Below are positions 1 through 10,300 of a DNA stretch of 64,000 nt, in pieces. Where the stretch lies: contig JAEUUL010000005.1 in assembly GCA_016787485.1 (NCBI GenBank), forward strand, positions 5,588-69,587. The letters are read 5' to 3'. Numbering within the stretch: position 1 is the first letter of the stretch; every line of letters begins with the position of its first letter. The translations under genes and the position numbers were made by a program. Origin of the DNA: Bacteroidota bacterium. Its GTDB lineage: Bacteria > Bacteroidota > Bacteroidia > NS11-12g > UBA955. The notes under the pieces were generated by a model that was not told the DNA's origin, searched no databases, and was given only the letters and a program-made list of their open reading frames with translations.

Positions 1-123
1 AAGGATTTGTTTATTGGTCATTTGCACCCTGGGAGCCACTACCTGTATGGTGGATTTAACTTCCTGTGCCAGAATCTGACCTGAAGCCAGCAGTAAAATC
101 GCGATAGCTAAAATTCGCCTCAT
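1..123 (-). CDS. DUF4835-like secreted protein, N-terminal fragment (gene runs off the window start)
   Basis: The ATG at 123 on the minus strand gives MRRILAIAILLLASGQILAQEVKSTIQVVAPRVQMTNKQIL. This is a signal peptide followed by an opening I associate with DUF4835 proteins found beside coaBC in Bacteroidota. It is truncated, so it is absent from the ORF track. Confidence 0.4.
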   Translation of the reverse strand, partial: MRRILAIAILLLASGQILAQEVKSTIQVVAPRVQMTNKQIL

Positions 124-129
124 CGTTCT

Positions 130-1353
130 TCAAATGTAGTTTGTTTGTACCAAATCTGATATGGCTCCGGCGATTTTGTCGGCCACTGCATCTTTGCTTT
201 GCAACGGCAATTCCTGCGCCTTACCATCGGGGGTAAGCAATGTAACCTTGTTCGTATCGTGTCCAAAACCTGCACCTGTGTCACGCAGGGAATTCAATAC
301 TATCATATCCAGGTTTTTATTTTTCATTTTTCCCAGTGCATAGTCCAGTGCGTTTTGGGTTTCCAGCGCAAAACCAATGATGAATTGTCCGGCTCTTTTC
401 TGGTTGCAAAGTGTCTGCAATATATCCGGATTACGTGTGAGGGTAATTTGCAATTCATCTCCGTTTTTTTTCATTTTTTCAGTGGCCACTTCCGCTGGTC
501 TGTAATCGGCTACTGCGGCAGCCATGACTACAATATCGCTTTCCTGGGCGAATTGCAGGCATGCATTCAGCATTTCTTCCGCACTTTGCACATGAACACA
601 TTGCACGCCTGCCGGTTCGTTCAGATGCACCGGCCCTGTTACGAGAGTAACCTCTGCTCCGAACTCATAAAAAGCCCGGGCCAATGCAAATCCCATTTTA
701 CCGCTGGAATAATTTCCAATAAAACGAACCGGATCCAGATTTTCATATGTAGGCCCTGCTGTTACCAACACCTTTTTACCGGCAAACAGGGGATTTTTCC
801 CAAAATGGGAGGCAATTTCGCCGGCAATGGTTTCCGGCTCTGCCATGCGGCCTTCTCCATGCAATCCACTGGCAAGGGCTCCTGTTTCGGCAGGAATCAC
901 CTGCACTCCGCGTGACTTTAACAGCTCAATATTCGCAATAAACGAAGGATGGATGTACATGTCCAGATCCATTGCAGGTGCCACCCAAACCGGACAACGG
1001 GCAGAAAGCAGTGTGGTGAGAAGCAGATTATCGGCAATGCCTGCACCCAGTTTTGCAAGGGTATTGGCCGTGGCAGGGGCAATCAGCATCATATCTGCCC
1101 ACAAGCCCAGGTGCACATGATTGTTCCAAGTACCTTTGTCGTCTTCAAAAAAATCGGTATACACCGGTTTGCCAGATACCACAGACAGTGTTTCTGCCGT
1201 TACAAAACGGTGGGCTGCCGGAGTCATCAAAACCTGTACTTCTGCGCCGGCCTTTACCAGCAAGCGCACAAGTGCAGGGGTTTTATAGGCAGCTATGCCG
1301 CCTGTTACACCCAGAAGGATTTTATGGTTTCTCAGGGAGTGCATTGGCAACAC
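130..1353 (-). CDS. coaBC: bifunctional phosphopantothenoylcysteine decarboxylase / phosphopantothenate-cysteine ligase
   Basis: 407-aa ORF. The N-terminal flavoprotein motif is ILLGVTGGIAAYKTPALVRLL. The CoaB motif is DPVRFIGNYSSGKMGFALA. Confidence 0.9.
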   Translation of the reverse strand: MLPMHSLRNHKILLGVTGGIAAYKTPALVRLLVKAGAEVQVLMTPAAHRFVTAETLSVVSGKPVYTDFFEDDKGTWNNHVHLGLWADMMLIAPATANTLAKLGAGIADNLLLTTLLSARCPVWVAPAMDLDMYIHPSFIANIELLKSRGVQVIPAETGALASGLHGEGRMAEPETIAGEIASHFGKNPLFAGKKVLVTAGPTYENLDPVRFIGNYSSGKMGFALARAFYEFGAEVTLVTGPVHLNEPAGVQCVHVQSAEEMLNACLQFAQESDIVVMAAAVADYRPAEVATEKMKKNGDELQITLTRNPDILQTLCNQKRAGQFIIGFALETQNALDYALGKMKNKNLDMIVLNSLRDTGAGFGHDTNKVTLLTPDGKAQELPLQSKDAVADKIAGAISDLVQTNYI

Positions 1354-1660
1354 TTGCCTCGGGCAAACGCCAGTAGGTTTTGCCCTCTGTAAACTCCTGG
1401 GTTGCCTGCAACGTGGGTTTCGGCATTTTCTCGTACATCAGAGAGATTTCTATCTGCTCCCGGTTTTCCTGAATTTCTTCCAGATTGTCAGTGTCATTTA
1501 CAAACGGTTCAAGTCTGTTCTTCAGTTCCTCTTTTTGCTTTTCAGCAATCTGATTCGCCCTTTTGGAAATGATTACCACAGACATGTATACATTCTCGGT
1601 TTCAGGATCCAGTTTGCGCAGATCCAGGGTATCTGCTGTGCGTGAAGCGTTGGTGCTCAT
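1322..1660 (-). CDS. rpoZ: DNA-directed RNA polymerase subunit omega (Bacteroidota type)
   Basis: 112-aa ORF with NVYMSVVIISKRANQIA, which resembles the omega core helix. It sits in the conserved position between bamD and coaBC. Confidence 0.6.
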   Translation of the reverse strand: MSTNASRTADTLDLRKLDPETENVYMSVVIISKRANQIAEKQKEELKNRLEPFVNDTDNLEEIQENREQIEISLMYEKMPKPTLQATQEFTEGKTYWRLPEASVANALPEKP

Positions 1661-2493
1661 ATGTTTTCGTTGAGTTTGTTCTGTTCGTTGTTTATCTTTT
1701 CCTTCAGGGCAATTACATCCTTGTAATGCTTGCCCGTGGTTCCGTTGGTGTACAAATAGTCCTTAACCAGTTCTGCAGCCTCACCCAACCGGGCCCCCTT
1801 TTTCTTCTCTATGCTGTTGATGGCATACAGCAACTGTGCTTTCACAGCCAGGTATTCCAGTTCCTCCTTTTGTTCAAGATCCGGAAAAGATTTGATTGTG
1901 TTTTTTGCTGAAACCACTGTGGCCCTGTAATCGCCCATGCGGAAATACTGTATCACAATGTTGTATTCCTTCTGCTGCAATTTCCTTCTCAGTGCATCAA
2001 TATGGTCGTTGCATTTTCCTGCATAGGCCGTTTCGGGATAATAATTGATAAACGTTTGCAATGCCCCGATAATCTTGTAGGTCTGGCTTTGATCCAGTTC
2101 CGGGTCTCCCACACTCAGAAAATCACAATATACGGCCATGTATGCGCACTCTACCAGTTTGCGGCTGTTGCTGAAGTTCTCGGTAAAGTCTTTGAAATAC
2201 ATGGAAGCATATTCATAATCGCCGGTTCCGAAATGGCTGTAAGCCGTGTAGTAATAAACTGTTTCCAGACTGTCGCTGTTGCGGTATATATCCCTCAACT
2301 GTTCAAACAGAGGCAGTGCGCGCGCGAAATCTTTTTTCTGGTAAAGTTCTACCGCTTTTTCAAATTTCAAATGGGCATTTTTGGATTTGAAAACCTTGTT
2401 GTAATCCCCGCAGGAAGCAAGAGCTACAACCGATAAAATCAAAACTAAGCGGCCAACCATTTGAACCCGCGAAAATAGTACAAAAATGGGCAT
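1657..2493 (-). CDS. bamD: outer membrane protein assembly factor BamD (TPR lipoprotein)
   Basis: 278-aa ORF with a lipobox (VVALASCG) followed by TPR-like repeats (KFEKAVELYQKKDFARALPLFEQL). An alternative start at M12 (2460) is possible. Confidence 0.8.
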   Translation of the reverse strand: MPIFVLFSRVQMVGRLVLILSVVALASCGDYNKVFKSKNAHLKFEKAVELYQKKDFARALPLFEQLRDIYRNSDSLETVYYYTAYSHFGTGDYEYASMYFKDFTENFSNSRKLVECAYMAVYCDFLSVGDPELDQSQTYKIIGALQTFINYYPETAYAGKCNDHIDALRRKLQQKEYNIVIQYFRMGDYRATVVSAKNTIKSFPDLEQKEELEYLAVKAQLLYAINSIEKKKGARLGEAAELVKDYLYTNGTTGKHYKDVIALKEKINNEQNKLNENI

Positions 2494-2543
2494 TTTGCAA
2501 GTGAAAGTACAGCAAAGACGAACAGACCCGGGGCTTTGTTACA

Positions 2544-3893
2544 TCATCTGGTGAGCAAACTATCGGCGAGTATGCTTTTTTTCATCTCCAGCATTTCATT
2601 TCCGGTGGCTATGGAAGGTTGCCGGTTTGCTGCCATAAAGGTATATACGGGAAGCGTGGCCACCAGTTTTCCCTTGTAGATATAGTTTTGAAGAAAAAAC
2701 GCCTGTCTCACATCTGTACGGTGAGTTTGGTCAAACAGAAAATTTCCCAGTCCGTAATAAACAGGTTTCCCGTTTTCTACCGCTATTTGCTGAATCTGAT
2801 GTGCTTGGGAACCATACACCAAATCTGCGCCCCAGGCTGTGAGGTCTTTGCAGATGGCTGCCTGAGTGCTGCTGGGGGCGTAAGAATCCACTTCGCCAAA
2901 CTGCACTGAACATATCACCAAACCATTGCCAGCCTTCTTTCGGGCCTCTGCCAGCATGCGTTTTGCCTTTTCTGCATCATACCGGCAGGCACCCGGGCTG
3001 CTGCCTGCAGCACACTCTCCCAGCGGACACAGTTCATTGAACCCGACAAAAGCAACATGGGTGCTGTCCTTGAGGGTAATCAGCAGTGGGGCAGACGCCT
3101 CTGCTTCATTGCGGCCTCCGCCAAAAGGACGGATTCCGTGTTTCAGATACCACTCATAGGTTTGATTGAATGCGGCATTGCCATAATCCCGGTTGTGGTT
3201 TCCGGTAAGTTCTACTATATCACAGCCCAGATCCAGCAATGCCTGGAAATGGGCCTCTTTGCTGCAAAAACGGGTTCCACCTTTCGGGTACTGGCAGTCA
3301 GGGGTAAATGACACCTCATTGCTCATATGCAGCCAGTCCGATTTCGTAAACCACGGTTTCAGGTTCTTTGTGAGAAAGTCCACCCCATAGGCATCGGCAG
3401 CAAAACCGGTATTGCGGGTGATGGCTGTAACCCCGGTAATGCTGAGCAAAGTCACCTTTCCGCTGAATTCGAAGCGTTTCTCACCTTTTTCCATATAGGG
3501 CCAGCTTTCTGGTTTCTCAAAGAAAGAGTGCCCGTTTACCACCAGCGGTTTCAGCAATCCGTTCAGGCTATCCAGTGGGGCCAGCAGAAGTCCTTCAGGA
3601 AAATTACGCCTGAATTCGTTCAGGCTCACCGTTTTTATCCAGTGAAAATCCATGCCCATGGCCCGGGCTATCAGACTGGGGTCAGTTCCCTGCAGTTTAT
3701 ACAGTGCATAATCTTTTCCGGGTTTTACCTCTATGGAGTCACGCAGGTTGCCAATTCCGGTCAGCAGCAGCCATGGTAAATCTTCCCCGCGGCTTTCGGC
3801 GTTTAATTTTTTTTTGTCGTTCGCAGTAGTGCGTCCGGTGCAGCATTGCGCGCACAGCAAGCCCAGCAACAGCAGGTTTCTGAAACCAAACAT
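2544..3893 (-). CDS. CapA-family metallophosphatase-like protein (poly-gamma-glutamate capsule synthesis family)
   Basis: 449-aa ORF with an N-terminal signal or lipoprotein-like sequence. It carries ELTGNHNRDYG and GGG/HQIQ motifs typical of the CapA/PGA_cap family. Confidence 0.65.
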   Translation of the reverse strand: MFGFRNLLLLGLLCAQCCTGRTTANDKKKLNAESRGEDLPWLLLTGIGNLRDSIEVKPGKDYALYKLQGTDPSLIARAMGMDFHWIKTVSLNEFRRNFPEGLLLAPLDSLNGLLKPLVVNGHSFFEKPESWPYMEKGEKRFEFSGKVTLLSITGVTAITRNTGFAADAYGVDFLTKNLKPWFTKSDWLHMSNEVSFTPDCQYPKGGTRFCSKEAHFQALLDLGCDIVELTGNHNRDYGNAAFNQTYEWYLKHGIRPFGGGRNEAEASAPLLITLKDSTHVAFVGFNELCPLGECAAGSSPGACRYDAEKAKRMLAEARKKAGNGLVICSVQFGEVDSYAPSSTQAAICKDLTAWGADLVYGSQAHQIQQIAVENGKPVYYGLGNFLFDQTHRTDVRQAFFLQNYIYKGKLVATLPVYTFMAANRQPSIATGNEMLEMKKSILADSLLTR

Positions 3894-3987
3894 GGTTCAA
3901 AGGTAACAAAGCATATTGGCAGCCTGTTCATCGTTGTCTTGAAAACTTGTTAGTACCGCCACAGAGTTTTCATCCATTTTTGCATCA

Positions 3988-4836
3988 ATGGCTACACTTG
4001 CCGAATTACAGACGATGGCAACCCAGGTTCGCCGTGATATCCTGAGAATGGTTTACAACGTGCAAAGCGGCCACCCTGGCGGTTCGCTGGGCTGCGCGGA
4101 TTATTTCACCGCCGTATTTTTCCATTTCATGAAACACAATCCAGCTGCTTTTGATATGCAGGCTCGCAACCAGGATGCATTCTTTCTCAGCAATGGCCAC
4201 ATTTCGCCGGCATACTACAGCGTGCTGGCGCGCAGCGGATATTTCCCTGTACCCGAGCTCAATACCTTTCGCAAACTGAACTCCCGGCTGCAGGGTCACC
4301 CTGCAACCCATGAAGGATTGCCCGGAATCCGTGTAGCTACAGGAAGTCTGGGTCAGGGGCTGAGTGTGGCTGCCGGCATGGCCCTGCAAAAAAAGCTGGA
4401 CAAAGATCCCCACACCATCTGGGTGCTCACTGGCGATGGAGAGTTGCAGGAAGGTCAGGCCTGGGAAGCCATCATGTATGCGGCACACAATAAGCTGGAC
4501 AATATGCTGGTAGCTGTGGACTTCAACAAGCAGCAAATTGACGGTTCTACCGTGGATATTATGGGCTTCAGCGAACTTGGCAACAAGTTTGCATCATTCG
4601 GTTGGGAAGTTGTGCAAATGGACGGAAACAACATGCAGGAAATCCTGACTGTGGTGCCTCAGGCGCAGGCCCGGCTTGGTATGGGAAAACCCGTGGTCAT
4701 CATCATGAAAACCGAGATGGGACAGGGTGTGGATTTTATGACCGGTACCCATGCCTGGCACGGAAAAGCGCCAAATGCAGAGCAGTTTGACAATGCCATG
4801 GCCCAACTCCCCGTTACTGAATTGGGAGACTACTGA
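3988..4836 (+). CDS. transketolase, N-terminal (TPP-binding) subunit
   Basis: 282-aa ORF with the motifs SGHPGGSLG, GSLGQGLS and LTGDGELQEGQAWEA. Confidence 0.9.
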   Translation: MATLAELQTMATQVRRDILRMVYNVQSGHPGGSLGCADYFTAVFFHFMKHNPAAFDMQARNQDAFFLSNGHISPAYYSVLARSGYFPVPELNTFRKLNSRLQGHPATHEGLPGIRVATGSLGQGLSVAAGMALQKKLDKDPHTIWVLTGDGELQEGQAWEAIMYAAHNKLDNMLVAVDFNKQQIDGSTVDIMGFSELGNKFASFGWEVVQMDGNNMQEILTVVPQAQARLGMGKPVVIIMKTEMGQGVDFMTGTHAWHGKAPNAEQFDNAMAQLPVTELGDY

Positions 4837-6215
4837 TGAAATCAATCAAACATCTTGCCCTGTTTGCCCTGCTTTGCACAGCAGCAACGGCTCAGGCGCA
4901 ATTGAAAAATGCCTTTCCGGGGCGTAAAACCCGCATTCTGTTTCTTGTAGACGGTAGCGGAAGTATGGTGGCCGAAATGGGCAGCAGTCATCGCTGGGCG
5001 GTGGCCGTCAATCTCATGTCAAAACTCATGGACACAGTGCGAACGGTAGAAAACCTCGAAGTGGCCCTGCGGGTTTTCGGACACAACAAGCCCATTACAG
5101 CAAGGGATTGTTACGACACAAAGCTGGAGGTTCCTTTTGCACCGAACAACCACAAACAGTTCATCAACCGGATGAGAGCCATAAAGCCATTGGGCTTTAC
5201 CTCTATCACACAATCCCTGCTGGCCGCCGCCAAAGATTTTCCGCCGGATAAAACCGCCCGCAACATGATTATTATCATTACAGACGGGATTGAGGAATGT
5301 CCGGGTGATCCCTGTGCCGTGAGTGAAGAATTGCAGAAAAAAGGCATCATACTCCGTCCCTTTATCATCGGATTAGGAACAGATGATGACAAATTCCGCA
5401 AAACCTACAGTTGTGCCGGCCGGTATTACAATGCCCAGAATGAGGAAGAATTTCAGAAAGCCATTGGCGTCATCATCAGTCAGGCCCTGAACAATACAAG
5501 CGCCCAGATCAACCTGCTGGATGCACAGGGAATGCCGCGCGAAACCAATGTGCCTATAACCATTTACGATGCAGGATCGGGTGCCATACTGGAGAACTGG
5601 GTGCATACCATGAACGGGAAAAACAACCCCGACACCCTGTACCTTGATCCCATCCGCAAATACCGCATCGTGGTGCATACCACACCTCAGGTGGTAAAAG
5701 ACAACGTAGAAATCATACCTGGCAGACACAATACCATACCTATCGAAACACCGCAGGGTGATCTGGCCCTGAAAATAGGGGGCATTACAAAATATGGCCG
5801 CCTGCCCTGTATTGTGCGTAAGAAGGGGGATATGAATACCCAGAATGTTCAGGATTTCAATACCACCAAACGTTATCTTACAGGTAGTTATGACCTGGAA
5901 ATTCTCTGCACCCCACGCATATTGATTCCAAACGTAACCTTGCGGCAAAACCAGACCTATACGGTAGAAATTCCTGCTCCCGGAACCCTGCAACTGGGTG
6001 TGGTCCGAGATGTAACGGCTGCCGTTTTTGTCATCAGGGACGGCAAAATGGAATGGGTAATGGATGTGGATGGTTCCAAAACCACCCAATATCTCACCCT
6101 GCAACCCGGAGATTACAAAATGCTGTACCGTGCCAAAGGCGAAACCCGCACCATGTATAGTAAAGTAAAGGATTTTAAAATTACCACGGGCTCCAATACC
6201 GTGTTATCCCTATGA
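4836..6215 (+). CDS. secreted von Willebrand factor type A (VWA) domain protein
   Basis: 459-aa ORF with a signal peptide (ALLCTAATAQAQ) and the MIDAS motif LFLVDGSGSM...IIIITDGIEEC. The C-terminal half is beta-rich. Its start overlaps the upstream stop (TGATG) and its stop overlaps the downstream start (ATGA). Confidence 0.8.
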   Translation: MKSIKHLALFALLCTAATAQAQLKNAFPGRKTRILFLVDGSGSMVAEMGSSHRWAVAVNLMSKLMDTVRTVENLEVALRVFGHNKPITARDCYDTKLEVPFAPNNHKQFINRMRAIKPLGFTSITQSLLAAAKDFPPDKTARNMIIIITDGIEECPGDPCAVSEELQKKGIILRPFIIGLGTDDDKFRKTYSCAGRYYNAQNEEEFQKAIGVIISQALNNTSAQINLLDAQGMPRETNVPITIYDAGSGAILENWVHTMNGKNNPDTLYLDPIRKYRIVVHTTPQVVKDNVEIIPGRHNTIPIETPQGDLALKIGGITKYGRLPCIVRKKGDMNTQNVQDFNTTKRYLTGSYDLEILCTPRILIPNVTLRQNQTYTVEIPAPGTLQLGVVRDVTAAVFVIRDGKMEWVMDVDGSKTTQYLTLQPGDYKMLYRAKGETRTMYSKVKDFKITTGSNTVLSL

Positions 6216-7165
6216 TAAAATTTGAAGTAACCGCACAAAAAGACACCCGAAGCGGATTCGGTGAAGGCCTGCTGGAACTGGGCAGACAAAACGACCAGGT
6301 TGTAGCCCTGTGTGCAGACCTTACCGGCTCACTCATGATGGATGCCTTTAAAAATGAATTTCCGCACCGGTTTTTCCAGGCGGGCATTGCAGAAGCCAAC
6401 ATGATGGGTCTCGCAGCGGGCCTGGCTACAGGGGGTAAAATCCCCTTCACCGGCACTTTTGCAAACTTCAGCACAGGCAGGGTCTACGACCAGATACGCC
6501 AGAGTATCGCCTACAGTGATAAGAATGTGAAAATATGCGCTTCGCATGCAGGTCTTACACTGGGAGAAGATGGCGCAACCCACCAGATACTGGAAGATCT
6601 GGGACTCATGAAAATGCTTCCCGGCATGGTGGTGATTAATCCCTGCGATTTTAACCAGACCAAAGCCGCAACCATTGCCATTGCTGCCCACCACGGACCG
6701 GTTTATCTCCGTTTCGGGCGTCCCAAATGGCCGGTATTTACACCGGCTGATCAAAAGTTTGTGATTGGCAAAGCACTGATGCTGAACGAAGGTACCGATG
6801 TTTCCATCTTTGCCACCGGCCACATGGTGTGGAAAGCCATACAGGCAGGAGAGGCGCTGGCAGAAAAAGGCATTTCAGCTGAAATCGTCAATATTCACAC
6901 CATCAAGCCCCTGGATGCGGAAGCTGTGCTGAACAGCGCCCGCAAAACCCGCTGTGTGGTAACTGCAGAAGAGCACCAGATGAACGGTGGACTTGGGGAC
7001 AGCATCGCCCAGTTGCTGGCGCGCAACCTGCCCCTGCCGGTAGAAATGGTGGCCGTGAACGACAGCTTTGGCGAAAGCGGCAAACCCGAAGAACTGCTGG
7101 TGAAATACCACCTGGATACCCCGGACATTGTGGCCGCTGCCGAACGGGTGATGGCCAGGAAGTAA
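6212..7165 (+). CDS. transketolase, C-terminal (pyrimidine-binding) subunit
   Basis: 317-aa ORF with RSGFGEGLLELGRQNDQVVALCADLTGS and HAGLTLGEDGATHQ. Confidence 0.9.
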   Translation: MIKFEVTAQKDTRSGFGEGLLELGRQNDQVVALCADLTGSLMMDAFKNEFPHRFFQAGIAEANMMGLAAGLATGGKIPFTGTFANFSTGRVYDQIRQSIAYSDKNVKICASHAGLTLGEDGATHQILEDLGLMKMLPGMVVINPCDFNQTKAATIAIAAHHGPVYLRFGRPKWPVFTPADQKFVIGKALMLNEGTDVSIFATGHMVWKAIQAGEALAEKGISAEIVNIHTIKPLDAEAVLNSARKTRCVVTAEEHQMNGGLGDSIAQLLARNLPLPVEMVAVNDSFGESGKPEELLVKYHLDTPDIVAAAERVMARK

Positions 7166-7390
7166 CTGGATTTGTATTTGTGATAAAAGGCACGAGGCAA
7201 CTGCGCCTTTCGAACCATGTCAGCCATCTGGTGCCGGTTCGGGTTCTGAATTCTGCTAATGCCTCTCAGGTTTCCGGATAAAAGTTGCCCTGATTGTTAA
7301 AGTGCTTCTTCTGCAATTGCAACCAAACAATTCAAGAACGGATTACCTATTAACGAATAACCCAAAACCCCGACCTTTGCACTCCCATTT

Positions 7391-10300
7391 GTGAATACCC
7401 GGGATATTTTGCACCGCTTTGGTCAGACCGAACCGGTGCGGCAATTGCAGCAACTGCTGCTGTCTTCTGATTCGAATACCGTTTACCTGGAGGGCATTTG
7501 CGGCTCCGGGCCGGCGATGATATTGTCTTCACTTTTTCTGCAGGAAGGCTGTCCCGCACTGGTTATTCTGCCAGACAAGGAAGAGGCTCTGCATTTCAAG
7601 ACAGACCTGGAGAATATGTTGCCAGGCGAACACATTCTGTTTTTGCCCGACAGTTGTCTGAAACCGTACAAAATGGCCACGGAAAATGCCATGTCGGTGC
7701 AGGAAAGGATAGAGACACTGAATGCTTTGCGTAAAAAGAACAGGAGGCTGATTGTGTCATACGGGGCAGCCGTGGCCGAACTTGTGGTTGAAAGTGCAGA
7801 GTTGGAAAAAAACGCCTTCGACATACAGCGCGGACAACAATTGTCTCTTGATTTTCTGCTGGAATTTCTTCAGGAAAACGGTTTTGAAAGGGAGGATTTC
7901 ACCTTTGAGCCCGGACAATTCAGTCTGCGTGGTGGCATTGTAGATGTATTCTCTTTTGCCCATGAACATCCCTTCCGCATAGAGCTGGACGGGGATGTGA
8001 TTGAAAGCATCCGCACCTATGATGTAAACAGCCAGCTTTCGCTGAAAGAAATGGCGGCATTCACCCTGGTCCCAGACGTGCAGCAGGAAGGGAGGGCATT
8101 GCGCACGGCAGATTTCTTTTCCTACATAAGCCAGGACTGCCAGATATGGGTAGTTGAGCCCGGGCTGCAAACCGAAGAACTGGCCCTGGCCTGGGAAAAG
8201 GCACTTCAGGAGCATACCACCGCCCTGGATTTGGGGGCAGATAAGCAAATGCCGGATCCAAGGCAGCGCCTGCTTACCCCGGCCACACTGCGAAGCCGCA
8301 TGGGCAATCACCGCATGATTTACATGGGAGGTGAAAGGCCTCCGCAACCATTTGCCCGTGTGGGATTTGCCCAGCAACCCCAACCCCTTTTCAAACGCAA
8401 TTTCGATCTGCTCACGGCCTGGCTGAAGGAAAATGCCGCACAGGGAATTGAAACCCTGGTTTTCAGTGAGAACAGCCGGCAAATAGAACGGTTGCAGACC
8501 ATACTCACGGACTTGCAGGCGGGTACTTCATTTCACCCGGTATACCAGGGCCTGAGCAGCGGATTTACAGACCTTGATGCAAAACTGGCATTTGCCACAG
8601 AACATCAATTGTTCGACAAATATTACAGGCCCCGCAGCCGACAGCGGTACAGCAGCAATACAGCCCTTACCCTCCGCGAACTGAAAAACCTGAAACCGGG
8701 AGACTATGTAACCCATATGGACCATGGCATCGGTCGCTTTGCCGGTCTGGAAAAAATGGAGATGAACGGTGTGGTGCAGGAGGCGGTGCGGCTGGTTTAC
8801 AAAGACAATGATCTGTTGTATGTTTCCGTAAACAGTTTGCACAAAATTGCCCGGTTTTCTGGCAAAGAAGGCACTGTCCCCACCATGCACAAACTGGGTA
8901 GCCCGGCATGGGAGAAACAAAAAAAGGCCACCAAAAAGAAAGTCAAGGATATTGCCAGGGAACTCATAAGTCTGTATGCCCGCCGAAAAAACCAGAAAGG
9001 ATTTGCCTATGCGCCCGACAACTATCTGCAATTGGAACTTGAGGCGTCTTTCTTCTATGAAGACACTCCGGATCAGGCCAAAGCCACCGAAGATGTGAAA
9101 AGGGATATGGAAGATGCCAAACCGATGGACCGGCTTGTGTGCGGTGATGTGGGTTTTGGTAAAACTGAAGTGGCCATGCGGGCCGCATTTAAGGCTGTGT
9201 GCGACAGCAAGCAGGTTGCAGTGCTTGTGCCTACCACCATACTGGCCCAGCAGCATTACCGCACCTTCAGCAAGCGGTTTGCCGGTTTTCCGGTCACTGT
9301 GGAGTATCTGAACCGCTTTAAATCAGCCAAAGAACAGAAGGATACCCTGAAAAAGGTAAAGGAAGGCAAAGTGGATGTGCTCATTGGCACCCACCGCCTG
9401 CTTGGCAAAGACCTTGAATTTAAGGACCTGGGATTGCTGATTATCGATGAGGAACAGAAATTTGGTGTGGGAGCCAAAGAAAAGCTGAAAGAATTGCGGG
9501 TGAATGTGGATACACTGACCCTGACAGCAACACCCATTCCACGCACGCTGCACTTCAGTCTCATGGGAGCCCGTGACCTGAGTGTGATTAATACCGCACC
9601 CCCAAACCGCCAACCCGTTCATACAGAACTGCACACATTCAACAGGGAGATTATTGCTGAAGCTGTGAGCCATGAGATTCACCGCGGCGGGCAGGTGTTT
9701 TTCATTCACAGCCGTGTGAAGGACATACACGAAATGGCGCATATGATTGAGGATGCCGTGCCGGGGGCAAGGGTAGTTGTGGCGCATGGACAAATGGAAG
9801 GCCACCAACTGGAAGATGCCATGGTGAGATTTGTGGAAGGTGAATTTGATGTGCTCGTGGCCACCACCATTATTGAAAGCGGGCTGGACATTGCCAATGC
9901 CAATACCATCATCATCAACAATGCCCATATGTTTGGCCTGAGTGATTTGCACCAGATGCGCGGAAGGGTGGGGCGCAGCAATGTGAAGGCGTATTGCTAT
10001 CTGCTATCTCCTCCTCTCAGTGTTTTGCCCGAAGATGCCCGCAAAAGACTGCGCACAATAACTGAGTACAATGAACTGGGAAGCGGTTTTCAGGTGGCCA
10101 TGCGCGATCTCGATATTCGGGGTGCCGGAAATCTGTTGGGCGGGGAGCAAAGCGGATTTATCAATGAAATGGGTTTTGAGATGTACCACAAAATTCTGGA
10201 TGAGGCGGTGCGCGAGTTGAAACATGAGGAGTTCAACACCCTTTTTGAAGAAGATGAAACCGATGTGAGCAGCCGGGAATGTCAGGTAGAAACAGACTAT

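Noticed and set aside
199-915. Long antisense ORFs inside well-supported genes. Examples are 199-915 (+), 5373-6104 (-), 7757-8482 (-), 8528-9256 (-), 20883-21911 (+), 49437-50369 (+), 51360-52430 (+) and 60775-61881 (-).
   Set aside because: They lie opposite genes with clear family motifs. Their translations are low-complexity or Cys/His/Arg-rich with no recognisable domains. They are shadow ORFs typical of mid-to-high-GC coding DNA.
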